DNA of 64,000 nucleotides, from contig MU054323.1 in assembly GCA_013239625.1 (NCBI GenBank), forward strand, positions 5,073,220 through 5,137,219. The letters run 5' to 3'. Origin of the DNA: Lama guanicoe (Eukaryota). Of this stretch, positions 39,812 to 52,754 are shown piece by piece. The notes below the pieces were generated by a model that was not told the origin of the DNA, searched no databases, and worked only from the letters and a program-made list of their open reading frames with translations. How positions within the stretch are numbered: the stretch's first letter is position 1; every line of letters begins with the position of its first letter. A program made the translations under genes and the position numbers.

Positions 39812-42800
39812 CCAGCTCAGAAACCATGACCCTGCTTGGAGCAGGAATGCAGTGGGGATTCTTATGTACTATAAAAGAAACTGAGTTCATATAGAAAAAT
39901 GAAGCTGAGAGAGACAGGACTCATTCTGAGAGCCACCAAGCACAGTGCAAGCAATTGGTTAAAAAGTCGGCTCTGCACCATTGCCCAGCATTGCAGAGAA
40001 TGAAGATGCCTTGGTGCATCAGGGCTTCCCGAGGTGCTGACTGAGCACAGGCTCGGTGCTCACTGCCTCTCGTGCCAGTCCTGAGCCGTTCTGCTCTTCT
40101 GCTTTCCAGCTCCTCATAACCCAGCATTAAAGTACGCCTCTGAACCACACAAACCAATGGCTTTCAAATGCAATATCATATTCTCTCCCTTTACCAGTGA
40201 CAGCAAAGCAAACACTGTCCCTGAGGGTTTGGAGAGTGGTCCTTCCGCCTCAGGACTGACTCCCAAAGGCTGCCACAAATTCATTCCTGCAACCCCTCAC
40301 ATAGTCACAGAGCCCAACAGCAAGGAGGTTGTCATGGCAACCAAGAGACAGCCAAGAGCCGAATGGATCTTATCACCCCACAAGTGGTGCTTCAAGTCTC
40401 CCATCTCATCACTCTTTCCATCTGACAAACTGCATCATTAAGAGGCCCCAGAGAGTAATTAATTACAAAGTGTGTCTCCTCGACTCCAAGTTTGGTCATA
40501 CCAGCATCACCTGGAGGATGAGCAAAAAGCAAGTTGCAGGTGCAAGGACTAACGCTTCAGACTGGGATGCAAGGGAAGATCCTAGGGAGAGAGATTCAGG
40601 GAGCAAGAATCCTGGCGGTCATCTTACTCAGTGCCCTCACTGCAGCCCTCTGGGCGAGCGTGGAGATGAAAAATCATGTGGTGGAACGTCTGATTGCCCT
40701 TTTCAAATTCCCAGAATGAAGCAATATGAATCAGCAATGTTCCCTGGAGCGTACGAAAAAGCCTCCCAAGACAGTGGCAGAACACTGGCCAAGGTCTCAG
40801 AAAATTTATTTCTTCTCCAGTTCAGCCATGGCAGGATTGGAGGGAGAAAACTGGGGATTGCTGAGTCCTTTGGGGGCAAGTTATTTTAATAAGGAACCCA
40901 TTTTGTATAATTTAATAAATTCTATGTTTTGTCACATGCTTTTTTTTCCCTCTATTTTTCCCCTTGCTTTTCTCATTTAAAAAAAAAAAAGGAGTTTCTT
41001 TATCTTTAGAGGACAATGGAAGGTCCTTCTTTCCCAGACGCAGCCAGGAAAGCGTGAAGGTTCACAGCGTTACGAGCGGCGTGTTAAGATGGTGTCAGGG
41101 ATGGAGGGCGCGGTGGAGCAGGAGGTCGGGAGACGGACACCTACCGCCCTCACCCTTCCCGGCAGAGGACAACCATATCTGGCATCCTCGGGAGTGGCCA
41201 ATTGGTGTTACTTCACATACAACTGAATGGCAGGAACATGTGTGACAGTAGTGGGGCATCTGTCAGCAAAGGTAGGCAGAGTCTGGTCGTTAAGTCTTAT
41301 CTTAGCTAAATGAAGAGCTTAGCTTTTATTTTAAAAGCATCAGTAGATGGTGATCAGATTAATCTTAACTAATCCATGCCATCAAGGCAAGGAAGGCAAT
41401 TGCACCTATGGGTGGCATTCATGGCATTCCTGAAGACGAAAAACACAATGGCTTTGAAGACTTTGGGCAAAGACATTGTTGAGTACAGTTGCTTCTGTCG
41501 TGTTGTCTGAAGGGGTAAAATCTTCCCCATACAGGGGAGACCAGAGCCATTTCTTAACCACGATGGGTCTCGTCCCCCAGGGAGGTGGGTGGACTGGTCC
41601 ACTGAAGGTTAGAGTTGCAGGATTGAGCTGGTAGGGGCCGAGGAGGCACTCATGAGAGAGAAATCTGCTCATTTCCCTCTTCCTTGTCCCAAAGCAAAGC
41701 AATAGAATCCGGTCCTAGGCTACAGATGGTGGAATAGCACAGCATATGTTCTGCAAGTACTTCCAAGAACCACCTATATCTTGGCACTTCAGTACTTCAC
41801 AACACAGAAAATGTGCGGATAATTTATATATTCAATATGCGTTCATGTGTGTACATGCCCAACACACACACCCAGGCACACAGGCACACACCCACCCAGA
41901 GACAAACTGCATGACTGAAACCTAGCTCCGAGCCCTGCTTCTCTTTCTTCTGCTTTTCTTATTCCTAGTGTCTTTACACTCTCACGCTTCTCCAAGCCCT
42001 GTTCTCCGGAAGAGTTCTAAAATCAGTTACTTGTTCTTCCAGAAGACTCCCAGCTTCCTAGGAAGCCCAATTGCTGACCCCTCTATGTGAAAAGAAAAGC
42101 CGTTTCCTCTTAGAAGAATTTGGTACGTAAGTAAACATCGAAGGAGGGGCCACTTACTGACCTGGTAGTAAATCATCCGCTATGTAAAGCTGGGAATACT
42201 CACCTAGGTGTGAGTACACCCTATAAATACCAGGATCTATTCAATAAACATATGCAAAGGTCTCCTTGTATTCTTCCCTGTTTCAGGCTGCAGTCCCCAG
42301 AGGCTCTGGCACGTGGGAGAGTGGCCACCATTTTGCCACCAAGGCAAATGTGACACTGAGACCATCCCAGATGGGAATGGCTTACCTCCCAATGTTAGAC
42401 TTCTGATTTGGATTACAACTCTTCGGTTAAGAAGGTATCACTCCGTGGACTTAAAAAATGGATTCATTCAATATTTTCAGGAGCAGTTTGTACTGTGTCC
42501 TCACTATCCACGTGACTCTAAGCAGGTGACCTCTCCTCGCTATGACTTGTTCTACAGAACCACCCGAAGATCCCTGGGATGATTTCATTTGTGGTGATTA
42601 AGGAGACTAGGCAGCACAGATCTCTGGCTATGTCAATCCTTTGTCAGCAAATACTTGCCAGAACAACTGCGCGCACGACAACCCCAACTCCTCCTCGCAC
42701 ACTGGCACACACACCCATTCAACACACAGCTGCACAGACCCACACGTCCACTTTCTCCCCAAAACACCCACAGCCATGCCTGTTCCCACACAGACGCGTC

Positions 42801-43503
42801 TGCACGCATAAATGCACACCCTGTATGCACCCACGGTCCCCACATATACTTACACATGTGTTTTATAAACAGCCAAACCTTGCTAATTCACAAGCCTCTT
42901 TGGCTGGCAGATTACTGGAGTGTGCAGATTAGAACTAAAGCAAATGATTACAAGGTCAAGGATAGCCCATTGCCAAACACCCTCTGTTCTTTTGCTTAGC
43001 ATTGTAGTTTTATCTTAATTTATGGTAATCCTGCCCAGGCTGCAAGTAAACGTACTGTTGGTTCATAAATGGAGTGCAATCTACAACTCCATTTTGGCTG
43101 GGAAGGAAGAGAGGACCGCCAGGTTTTTTAACAGTGCTTTAGAAAATGAAAAGTGCAATTTTGCCACATATTAATGTGAGAATAGTTAAGATTCCTCGCT
43201 GTACATATATATGGTGTATGTGGACCAATATATAAACTCGTGATGAAGTTCCATTTCTGCAAGAACTCAGAACAGATGTTGCATTTAATTTCTGTCATAA
43301 CATATGACAGTTTGGTTTAATAAAAAAGAACTTACAGGCTTCAGGAACTTCATGTCCAAGGGCTATATTCTTTGTACCAACTGTCCTTTCCTCCATCCCA
43401 TCTCTCCCCTTCATTCCATGCTGGACTTCAGACCCCACATTCTGTCTTTCTGCCCTTCTATCTTTTCTTCTTCCATGAAGGACTTGATCAAACTCTTTCA
43501 ATG

Positions 43504-43519
43504 TCTCTCTCTCTCTGTC

Positions 43520-43552
<33 letters not shown>
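43504..43552. repeat. Compound (TC)n/(TCTG)n microsatellite
   Basis: Directly visible in the sequence. Confidence 0.95.
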
Positions 43553-43884
43553 GTAGATAAGCTACAGCATTCAATACAAACTTCTTACATTGGGGTTGCA
43601 CCAGAACCTCATGTCAGCCACCTTTTCCTCCAATTTCTAGTCTGCCTTGTTTACATCTAAATCCAGGAACATATCACCAATATTCTACTTTCCTTAATTT
43701 CCTAATTCTTTTTCACTGAGCTCAAATCTACATCAATTTTTCTTAGTGTGAACTTGTTCCTTGACTTGGAACAGGTCATAATTACTCTTCCCTATGCTTA
43801 GAATTTCTGGAAAATAGAATGTATTTCTACCCAGTGAAAACAACTTCCATCATCTCTAAATCCCAAGCCAACTTGTGGGACAGT

Positions 43885-45035
43885 ATTTTTGACTTTTGTG
43901 TGGAGGTGTGATACACATACAAAATAGCTTATGCATCGTTAAGTGTTTAGCCAATTGAATTTTCAGAATTGATATACACTTTTGTCACCAGTCATCCAGC
44001 TCAAGACAAAGAGTGTTAGTATGTGACAGAAGCCTCTTGCATGGCTCCTCAGTCACTGCTCTCCACCCCAGGAGGTGACAGAAAATTGTCCTGTCTTCTA
44101 TTCCCACCCCCCAATTGATTTTCTTATCCTGAAACTGTATCCTGGGATGTTTATTCTACTGGTCTTCCTTCTTTCAGTCAACGATGCATATGAAAGTCAA
44201 CCACATCGTTTCATGTGTTTATAATTCTTAATTCTCATTACTGCATACAATTCCATTTTGCAAACAAACCACAAGTTATTTATTCCTCTGTTGGTAAACA
44301 TTTGGATAATGACTTATTCTACGGTATTACAGATAGCTATGCTGGGAATATTTCTGTGCTTGTCTTTTGGTGAATGCGTATGTGAATTTCTACAGGCAAA
44401 TTCCAGAAGTGAAACCGCTGAGTCCTAGGGTCTGATACGTTCAAATGTAGCAGCCTACCAAATATTACTGGAAAGTAGCTGTAGAAATTAATACCATCAC
44501 TGTCATTGTTTTGATGTCCCAGTGGCCCTCCGTACTCACCAACATGCAGTTTCATGGTCCTATTGTTATTATTTTTTGCAATTTTGGTGGAAGTATAGAG
44601 GTAACACATTTTGATTAGTTAACATGTCCCTGACTCATCACATTTTCATGCATTTTTAATCATTTTGTCATCTTATTTTGTGAATTGCCTAATAATTAAT
44701 GAAGTTAAATATCTTTGCACTTGTTTATTGGCCGTTTGGCTATCCGCCTTTGAGGCGTCCCTATTCAAGTTTCTGCACACTTCTCTGCTGCATCGCCTGC
44801 TTCTTTTCTAATCGATTTGCAGGAGTTCCAGATATATATTCTGGATAGGAGCCCATACTGGATAAGTGTATTATGAATAATTTCTCCCATTTGAGGGTTG
44901 CCTTTTCTCTTAATAGTTTCTTGTGTTGACGTATGAAATAATCATAGTACAATTCAGTGATCATTACTTTTCTTACAGTTGGTGTTTTTTCTGCCCCATT
45001 TAAGAAAGCATTGCCTAATTCTAAGAAAGGATATT
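43885..45035 (-). mobile_element. Old L1 (L1ME-like) 3' portion
   Basis: Antisense L1 motifs ('gtcatccagctcaagacaaagag', 'tgttggtaaacatttggat', 'tttattggccgtttggctatc'). The ORF at 44761-44964(-) gives the decayed ORF2 peptide KWEKLF. Confidence 0.85.
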
Positions 45036-45529
45036 TTTAAGTTCTTTTATATCCTTTAACTTGATCTTCAGAACATACCAATGAAGTCTGCAGAGGAGAT
45101 ATTATTATGCCCACACTACGAAAGATGAACACAGATTCAGAGAGGAGACCAATGAAACAGTTCTCAAGGCCAGGTCTTCTGACTCTAACAGTTTGGCATC
45201 TGAAAACCCTGGACACTAAGTTAGGACCAAATCTCTTGAGATTTCTGCACTTGGGTCACTGTTCATGACAAAACTGTACCTCTCCATGGCCTGAAGGGAA
45301 GCTGCTTGGGAAATACAATGCCAAGAAGAAGGTGATGGTGATGGTTATTTGCAGCGAATGATTCACATTAAAATATGACAATGTTCCTAAATTAGAGGCC
45401 TTTTCTCTGCGAGGGTAGAAGTTTTTAGGGAAAATCCAAAGTCCACTTGTCTCTTACCACTGAGTAAGGCAGAAAAGAGATAGCCCTTCTGGTTTTGGTT
45501 CCCATTATAGGTATTTCGTTATAAGGAAA

Positions 45530-45735
45530 TGAAGGAGATGAAGAAAGAAAGTGGGAGGAAAAAGAATGAGAAGTACAAAGAGAAAAATGGAGCTAGAAAG
45601 CACAGGAGAGAATGAGAGGACAGAGATGAAGAGCTGGAGAGGCAGAGTGGATCAGAGGAAGACAAAGGAAGTGAGAAAAAAACAGAGAGACAGAGAGGAA
45701 GGGAAGACAGAGGGAAAGAGAGAAAAAAATGAAGC
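45530..45735. repeat. GA-rich low-complexity tract
   Basis: About 200 bp that is strongly purine-biased on the + strand. Confidence 0.8.
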
Positions 45736-45763
45736 TCAAAGAGCCCTGTTTTCTGTCCGCACT

Positions 45764-46044
45764 GGTATTGAGAGGTGGGGTCTTTGGGATGTGATCAGGT
45801 CACTATTTCTTTTATAAAAGAGGCCACAGAGAGCTCCTTGGCCCCTTCCACCATATAAGGTCACAGTAAGAGGTCACCATCTATGAATCAGAAAGCGAGA
45901 TCTCACTAGACACTGATCTTGGACTTAAATCAAGCTTGATTTTTGACCGCCTGGTCCCCAGAACTGTGAGAAATATATTCCTGTTGGTTTAGAAGCTACC
46001 CAGGGTGTGATATTTCGCTATAGCTGCCCTAATGGACTAAGACA
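45764..46044 (+). mobile_element. MLT1A-like solo LTR (5' truncated)
   Basis: 'ggtattgagaggtggggtctttggga...tataaaagaggccacagagagctcc...ccagaactgtgagaaata...aatggactaagaca'. Confidence 0.85.
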
Positions 46045-48069
46045 AGTATTAGATACACTGATCCTGAATGTCAACTTAGAGGTATGAGTAGAGGCCTGAA
46101 GCCCAGTGATTCAGGCTGGAAAAAAGCCAGACAGGGTCATCTTAGGAGTTGTGTTCTGTCTGATGTCTAGGGAGGTGCTTTCTGGGGGAGTCTAAAAGTA
46201 ATTCATTTCTCTGTGGGTCCCGTAGACCTATGGGGAACCTCATATGAAGATGCACTGCTCAGAGTGAAGCCAGAGGGAGGGTCTGACCTCCCCGCCAGGC
46301 TCTTGTTAATCTCCTATAGCCCCAGCCCACAAAGTGTAACTCACAGGGCTCTCTCACAGTGCAGCCCCAGCCTCCTGCTCACCTCCACGCAGACGGCAGA
46401 GTGGGGATATGCAGCGCAGAGTGCTGGCTCTATTCAACTCTCCCTAGAAATTCCAGAAACTGACTCTGATTTGCAAAGGCCTGTGGGGTTGAGATTGAAG
46501 TTACCTTGGAAACGCCTCAGTGATGAATGGAAGGGACTTGAGTGGAGACTGAGGGGACTGAAGCTCAGCGTTTGCTCCGGTTTTGCTTGTCTGTTTGCTT
46601 TGTGCTGCTTTGAACGCACAGCGCTCTCATTCCCAAACCTCTAGGGGGCCCATACAAACTCATAACTGCACCCCCTGTCTGTGTGTAGACACACGGAGCA
46701 CAATTGTCCACTCCAGACAAAAGCATCACATTATGAAACTCTTAACTTTGCCTTTTTCTACCAAATCATGTGGTGAGCAAGTTGTAGTAACTTAACTCCT
46801 TGTCACATACTTAATGATAATTTATTTCGGTCTAACAATGCTTTGTACTTTTTAAGCAGGCATCATGCCTCTCAGTGTGGAATTATAGTCCCTTCTGGTC
46901 CCACAGTGAAGTGCACAGCATATTGTCTCCAAGGGGGAACTAACATCACCTTATTTAAAAAATGGGAATGGCAGGGTGGGGGGTCCGGTGTTGACAATAG
47001 GGATTAAATGACCCAGAAACATCACTTTCCAAGAATAAAAAAAAATCTCCTAAATTAGGCAGTGCAAAGAGGAGCAATAATCCCAGAGGTCCTCGAACAT
47101 TTGCCAGCCTTGGACACAGAGGACACTTTTTCAGCACTGCGAGCCTGCAGTCCGCTGAGCACTGTCTTTCTACCCGTAAGGCTGCACCCCCTAAGCAATC
47201 ACCCCGTGTAACAACCTTCCTTCTGAGATGTTGACAGTCACAACCACCCCTTTTTTTTAGGTCTTCCCTCTATAGAGTTTCTCCTTTCCAGAGAAGAGAT
47301 TTCCAGGGCATCAACTCACATTTCCCCTCTGTTTCGAAACGGAAGCGCTGCCATGTTGGTTATAAACTTTCACCAGCAAAGCGGATGTGAGACTCTTCCC
47401 GGGAACTCAGGCCAGGTGGTAACAGGTGCCATCCAGGAAGCAGCAAAAGGTTCGCAAAGGATAGCTAGGGGTAGAGGCAACTTCAAGGTCACCCCAAGGC
47501 CTTAAGCAGTATCAAAGGGCCCTGTGTCTCTGAGCCTCTACTGGCCTTCTCATCACACAGCTGATATCACAGAAGTCACAGAGGGTTAATTTCACTCCTG
47601 CCGGGAAATAAAAATTCCCAGACCAATACTCTAGAACTCAGAATCATTACTGAACTCTGATTCGGAGCCGCATGCTAGTGACCGGGCTGGTGCGTTGGTC
47701 CATTTTGAACACTACTTGGAAAACTGGATCCTCATCCAGTAACTTCTACCAGGGTCTTTATGTGTGATCCAGAGAGAGTCAGGGGCTCCCTCCTCTGGGC
47801 CCACTTGACATCCTAGCCTTCTTTTGCCACAGATTTCAATGCAGCTTATGGTCGTTGCCCTTTTATTTATCCTTCTCGAGTAAATTCTACATGGGAAGAA
47901 ATGGTGCCCCCTCATCTCGACTCTTAGCCCCCAGATTGTTTCTTAGATAGGACAGTCTATTACAAACCACTTTATATAGTAACTTTTGATGAATTTAACC
48001 CAATCTACCCACCAGGTGTTTAATTAAGAGGAGTTGGTTTTATTCATTTTCATGTAACTTAAAAAGTGT

Positions 48070-48119
48070 TTTTTCCTTCCAGTTTTATTGAGATACAATT
48101 AATCTATATCACTGTATAC
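48070..48119 (-). mobile_element. Very short L1 3' terminus adjoining the SINE tail
   Basis: Minus strand: tatacagtgatatagattaattgtatctcaataaaactggaaggaaaaaa. Confidence 0.7.
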
Positions 48120-48120
48120 T

Positions 48121-48242
48121 TTTGGGGTAGGGGGAGGCAATTAGGTTGTATTTATTTATTTAAAAGGAGGCACCAGGGATTGAACCCAGGACCTTGTTCT
48201 TGCTAGGCATGTGTCCTACCACTGAGCTGTACCCTCTCCCCC
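48121..48242 (-). mobile_element. tRNA-derived SINE, camelid Vic-1-like
   Basis: The minus strand reads gggggagagggtacagctcagtggtaggacacatgcctagcaagaacaaggtcctgggttcaatccctggtgcctcc...aaataaataaatacaacctaattgcctcccc. It has a Pol III A box (agctcagtgg), a B box (ggttcaatcc) and a tail matching my recollection of the camelid SINE. Confidence 0.85.
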
Positions 48243-49683
48243 ATTTTCATTTAACTCTTTATTCAACCTCATGTCAAAAATGAACACAACTCCTATCTCA
48301 TCTGGTGAAACACCTTATGAAAACACATACTTTAAAATACATGTAGAAAATATTTGGGGCCAGAGATATGTGTGAAAATTAGATATGTTACTTTATTTGT
48401 TAAGTTATTCATTCTTTCATTGTATAGTTATTGTACCCCAACTACATATCAGATATTGTCAATATTACTTATTAATCTACTCACTCTGGGCCTTTCAATA
48501 TTTTGATATACTTATTGAATATAAAATAAATGTTTAAAAGAGAGAGAGATGCCTCTGGAACACTGAAAATATCTTAATATCAGTGGCAAATATGTCAACT
48601 CACTATCAAAATCAACATCTGAAAACAAATACTATTATGGAATCTTATTTTCCATTCCTTTTCTAACCAGATCTATTGTGTTATGCTCAGGCATTTCTGA
48701 AGTGAATGTCAGCAGAGTGGTCAAGGTCAAGGAAAGCCTTTCCTACTCGGATTGCGCTCAAACTGGAATTTGCTCTGTAGCCAAGGCAGCACTGCTCTGT
48801 CACGGTTGGAGAAAACACTTGCCGTAGTGTCCTCGGGTATAAGAGGGAGCCTTGTCTAAGCTGGCTCCCTCTCTGGAGGGAGAGATGTTAGCCTACGCAG
48901 AGTTCAAGAGCACAGGGCATGTCTTGACTCTCAGCCAAGGGAGGGCACAGCGGCAGAATTCATATGGAGGCCTGGCCCATTGCTGTAGGAAACCCCTCCA
49001 GGGGCTGCCTCCCGGGAAACCAGTCCTCCCAGTGAAAAAGGCCAAAGTCATCTCAGTGGCCATCTCATGGCATCCGGCTCAGAGAGACAGTTCCACAGGA
49101 CGCCAGTCTCTCACTGATGATGTCAAATTAAAGCAGGCTAACAAGAACTGACAGGGATTCATTCAAAACGAGGTATTGGGAAAAATCAAAGCCGGGGCTT
49201 CTTTTTTCCTCTGAGCAATATAGACTTCTCTACAGTTTGCAATATATTAGAAATGGAAGGAAAAGTGACCTTATCAATAATCGGTGAAAGGATGATGGAT
49301 GCATTTCCTCGGGGCTTAGAAACCGCCCGTGCTCCCATGCCGGCTAAATGGTCCAGTCCAAACACCTGCCTCGGCTCTTAGTCTGTGGCTCTTCACAACC
49401 CGCCCCCTCCCCCAGTCCCACAAAATCAGCACGAAGCACGTGAGTCGTCTCCCTAGAACGTGTCTCCCATCCTTTACAACTTTCTATGTTCCACTTAACT
49501 TTTCAAGTCCATCTCAAGTCCAACTTCCCCTGGGCACTACACTGAGCATACCAGCTCACTGGACCCCCTTCCCCAGACTGGCTGAGCCACACCTAAACTA
49601 CCAGGGCAGCCTCTGTCTGGCACCAGGTTTTGTAGGAACGCTATCCTCTCAGAGCAAGCACACGTCTTTTACGGGTGGGCGCC

Positions 49684-50136
49684 TACCTTAGTTTCCTAGG
49701 AGTGCTGTAACAAATTCTCACAGATTAGGTAGTTTAGAACAACAGAAATATATTCCGTCACATTCTGGAGGGTGCAAGTCCAAGATCAAGGTGTCAGCAG
49801 AGCCTTCCTACTCTCTCTGAAGGCTCGCGGGGAGGCTCTGTCCCCTGCCTTTCTCTTAGCCTCTGCTATTGCCTGCCGTCTTTGGCGTTCCTTGTCTTGT
49901 TCACTCTAACGTCTGCCTCCATCCTGGCCTGGCCATCATCCCTCTGTGTTAGTATTCCTGTGTGTCCTCTCCTCTTCTCCTCAGGACACCAGCTATACTG
50001 GATTTAGGGCCCACCCGACTATACAACGACCCCATCGCAACCAGTTACATCTGCAATGACCTGATGTCCGAATAAGGCCGCATTCCGAGCTTGTGGTTAG
50101 ACATACCCTGGTGGGGACACGATTCAACCCAGGGCA
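49684..50136 (-). mobile_element. MLT1C-like solo LTR
   Basis: 'ttagtttcctaggagtgctgtaacaaatt...ttctggagggtgcaagtccaagatcaaggtgtcagcag...ggatttagggcccaccc...ttacatctgcaatgacc...ggggacacgattcaaccc'. Confidence 0.9.
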
Positions 50137-52754
50137 GAGATAGACCCTCATCCTGTTTTTTGATGCTTACTGTCTTCGTTTTACCAGGGGAACACCAGGA
50201 CTCAGCCGACAATGGTGGCGCTGTATTTATGGAGCTGGCTTTGTGTGAGGTAATATGCTGGCCACTGCGGGGGGGGGGGGCCCTTTCTGCACTGGCTCGG
50301 CCACAGAAAGGCAGTAAAAGTTCTCTTCCTGTAAGTCTCGGTTCTACTATGCAAAAGCCAATCATTCTGTAATGGTAATTGCTCTGACCTGCTCTTCTGA
50401 GAGGCCACGGGTAGATACAATGGCATTCACTTAAGCAAAGCATTAGTATAAAGGATCAGGAATAATTAAGGCCGGGAGGGTAGGGAGAGGAAGCAATCTT
50501 GGAGAAGCCTCCTCTGGAAGCATATGGAAAATGCCAAGTTGGATTCACTCTGTGTAAAGGTCAGCCCTAACATGCCAACCTTTTTGAAATTCATTTGAAG
50601 GACTCTGTTTAAAATACCACGCTACAAATTTGCTAAAGAACCATTCACTCTGGGAAAACCTTTTATATAGCCACAGAAGACAAGCGTTACCATATATGGG
50701 CACAAAACTGAATAAAAACGACATAAATTCCCTGAATTTCCAGGGGAACAAGTGAAGGGGCACACGAAAAACTTAATAGCCAGGAGAACGCTCTGGTAGA
50801 AGGGAAACAAGTAAAGAATAAACGAACAAAAGCCCACTAGCCTTGGAGTCGGGAAACTTGTTTCCAGTTCCAGGTTGCCATTGGCTGGCTTTGTGACATT
50901 CAGCAAGTTCAGACATTTCACCTTTCTCTAACATGGAGTAGCATTTGGTTTACTTACCAGAAATGATTGCTTTGGGAAACAAAATAAAATCTTATGAGTG
51001 AAATGTGTCATCAAATCATTAATCAGGCCACAAATATTTGTGATCCTTTTGAGGCCTTCAGATAAGCAGTGATATGTGATTTTAATGAGTATCAAAGTTA
51101 TAACCAACTGTCGCCTGCCATTCTGAAATAAGACAAATTTGTTCTTGAGCAAGGTCCTAAGGGATCAGCCCAAACTGGTTGCCTAGGAGAAGAGGCATTT
51201 AACTAAAGGTTGCACAAAATTGAAAACTGCGATCAGAAATATAAAAACAGACCTTGCAAAGGGGATCTAGTCAGCAAACCAACAAACATGCTGATTGAAT
51301 ACCTACTATGGGTAGGTGTTCTCTAAGACTGAAGGAGAAACGGAGCTGAAAAAAAAAAAAAAGAGTATCCCTGACTCTCAAAAGATTAGAATGTAGCCAT
51401 ACGCTAGTAAAAAAAAAAGAAGTAAAAAGTCGAAGTAGCTTGTGAAGAGTACAGAGACGTGGCTAAGTAAGAGCTGAGTGATGGCAGGGTAGAGAGAGGT
51501 TCCTGTGGATACAGCGGTCAGGGAAACAGGGAGAGGTGGCGCAGAGAGGAAGAGACCTCTCACGGCGATTCTGAGTCTATAGAAGGAAACAGACCCTTAG
51601 AACGTCCCGGGTGGAGTGGAGGCTGGAAGGTATGAGAGTGGGGAAGAAAGAGGAGAAAGAATCTTTGTTTTGATCCAGAGCTTTGCCACCTTAAGCATTC
51701 TTCTGTCACTAAGGTTATTATCTCTAATATCAGTCTGGACCCTCATGTCAGACTGAAACAAAAAAGATTTGAGCAAATCAGCCAGAGCCAAGAGAAGCCT
51801 TGAACAGACAGAATACCATCTTCTCTGTTCATTCCAAACAAGAAGAAAGATGAAGAGGTAAAGACTGAACCTATTATGTTTAGGTGCCACAGACACTTGG
51901 CCAGAATTCCCACTATGTATAGATAAATGAACCCATCCATTTCCTTTAATCTCCTAAATGATATGTTCATACACAGAAGTTATTATAAAATATATATACC
52001 CACAAATAAGATAGAAGGCGATACTAGCACTTGTTGGAAAAGGGGAAAAGGAAACAAAAATAAAAACCACCTCATGAGAGATAAAGGATTAAAAAAAAGT
52101 CAGAATGGAATTTAAAGTTTCAAAATGGATACTTTTTTTAGAAGATTGAACTGGAGAAAATGATCAGACTGAACTTAGCTGGATTGGAACAATGCTTCCT
52201 AAAAAGTGACCTATTCAGAGAGGAGAAGCTCTTACCCCTTCAAGGAGAGACAGTCAGCTTTTGTGCGCCGTGTCAGTGTGAAAGCGGCTTCCAGCAGAGC
52301 AGAGTGCAGCCCAGCCCTTGCTTTTGAGAGGAGACGGTAAGATGATAGAACGATGAACTTTAATGGGCTATCAGATATTTTTAAATAGCATTTTCCATTT
52401 TAAATATGGATCCGAACCCAATGCTTACAGAATGAGGGCTAAAAGCTTCAATTCAAAGCAGCAAAGCCATCACCAGTATCTGCACCGAAAGCTCTCTGAC
52501 AAAAATACACTTGATTTCCAACCAGCAAGAGACTAGTTATTCCATTTAGGGAAATGACATCCTGATGACCTAAAATTACCCTTGCAGTTTCTGCAGACTA
52601 TGGCTTCAGCCATGCATCTATTCCAGGTTGCACAGAAAAGCTTTGCTCAGGCTTTTAGAGAACTCTCTCCAGGGGGCTCCCGCTTTCTCTGTCCCTTTGC
52701 TAAAGGTGTGAGGAATATCTATCAACATGGTGCTTAGCAACCACCAAATCTGGA

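Noticed and set aside
41030..41170. CpG island
   Set aside because: The CpG-rich patch is only ~140 bp, too short for an island.
48165..48242. tRNA gene
   Set aside because: A and B boxes are present, but the sequence is degenerate and carries a SINE tail and TSD, so it is a tRNA-derived SINE.
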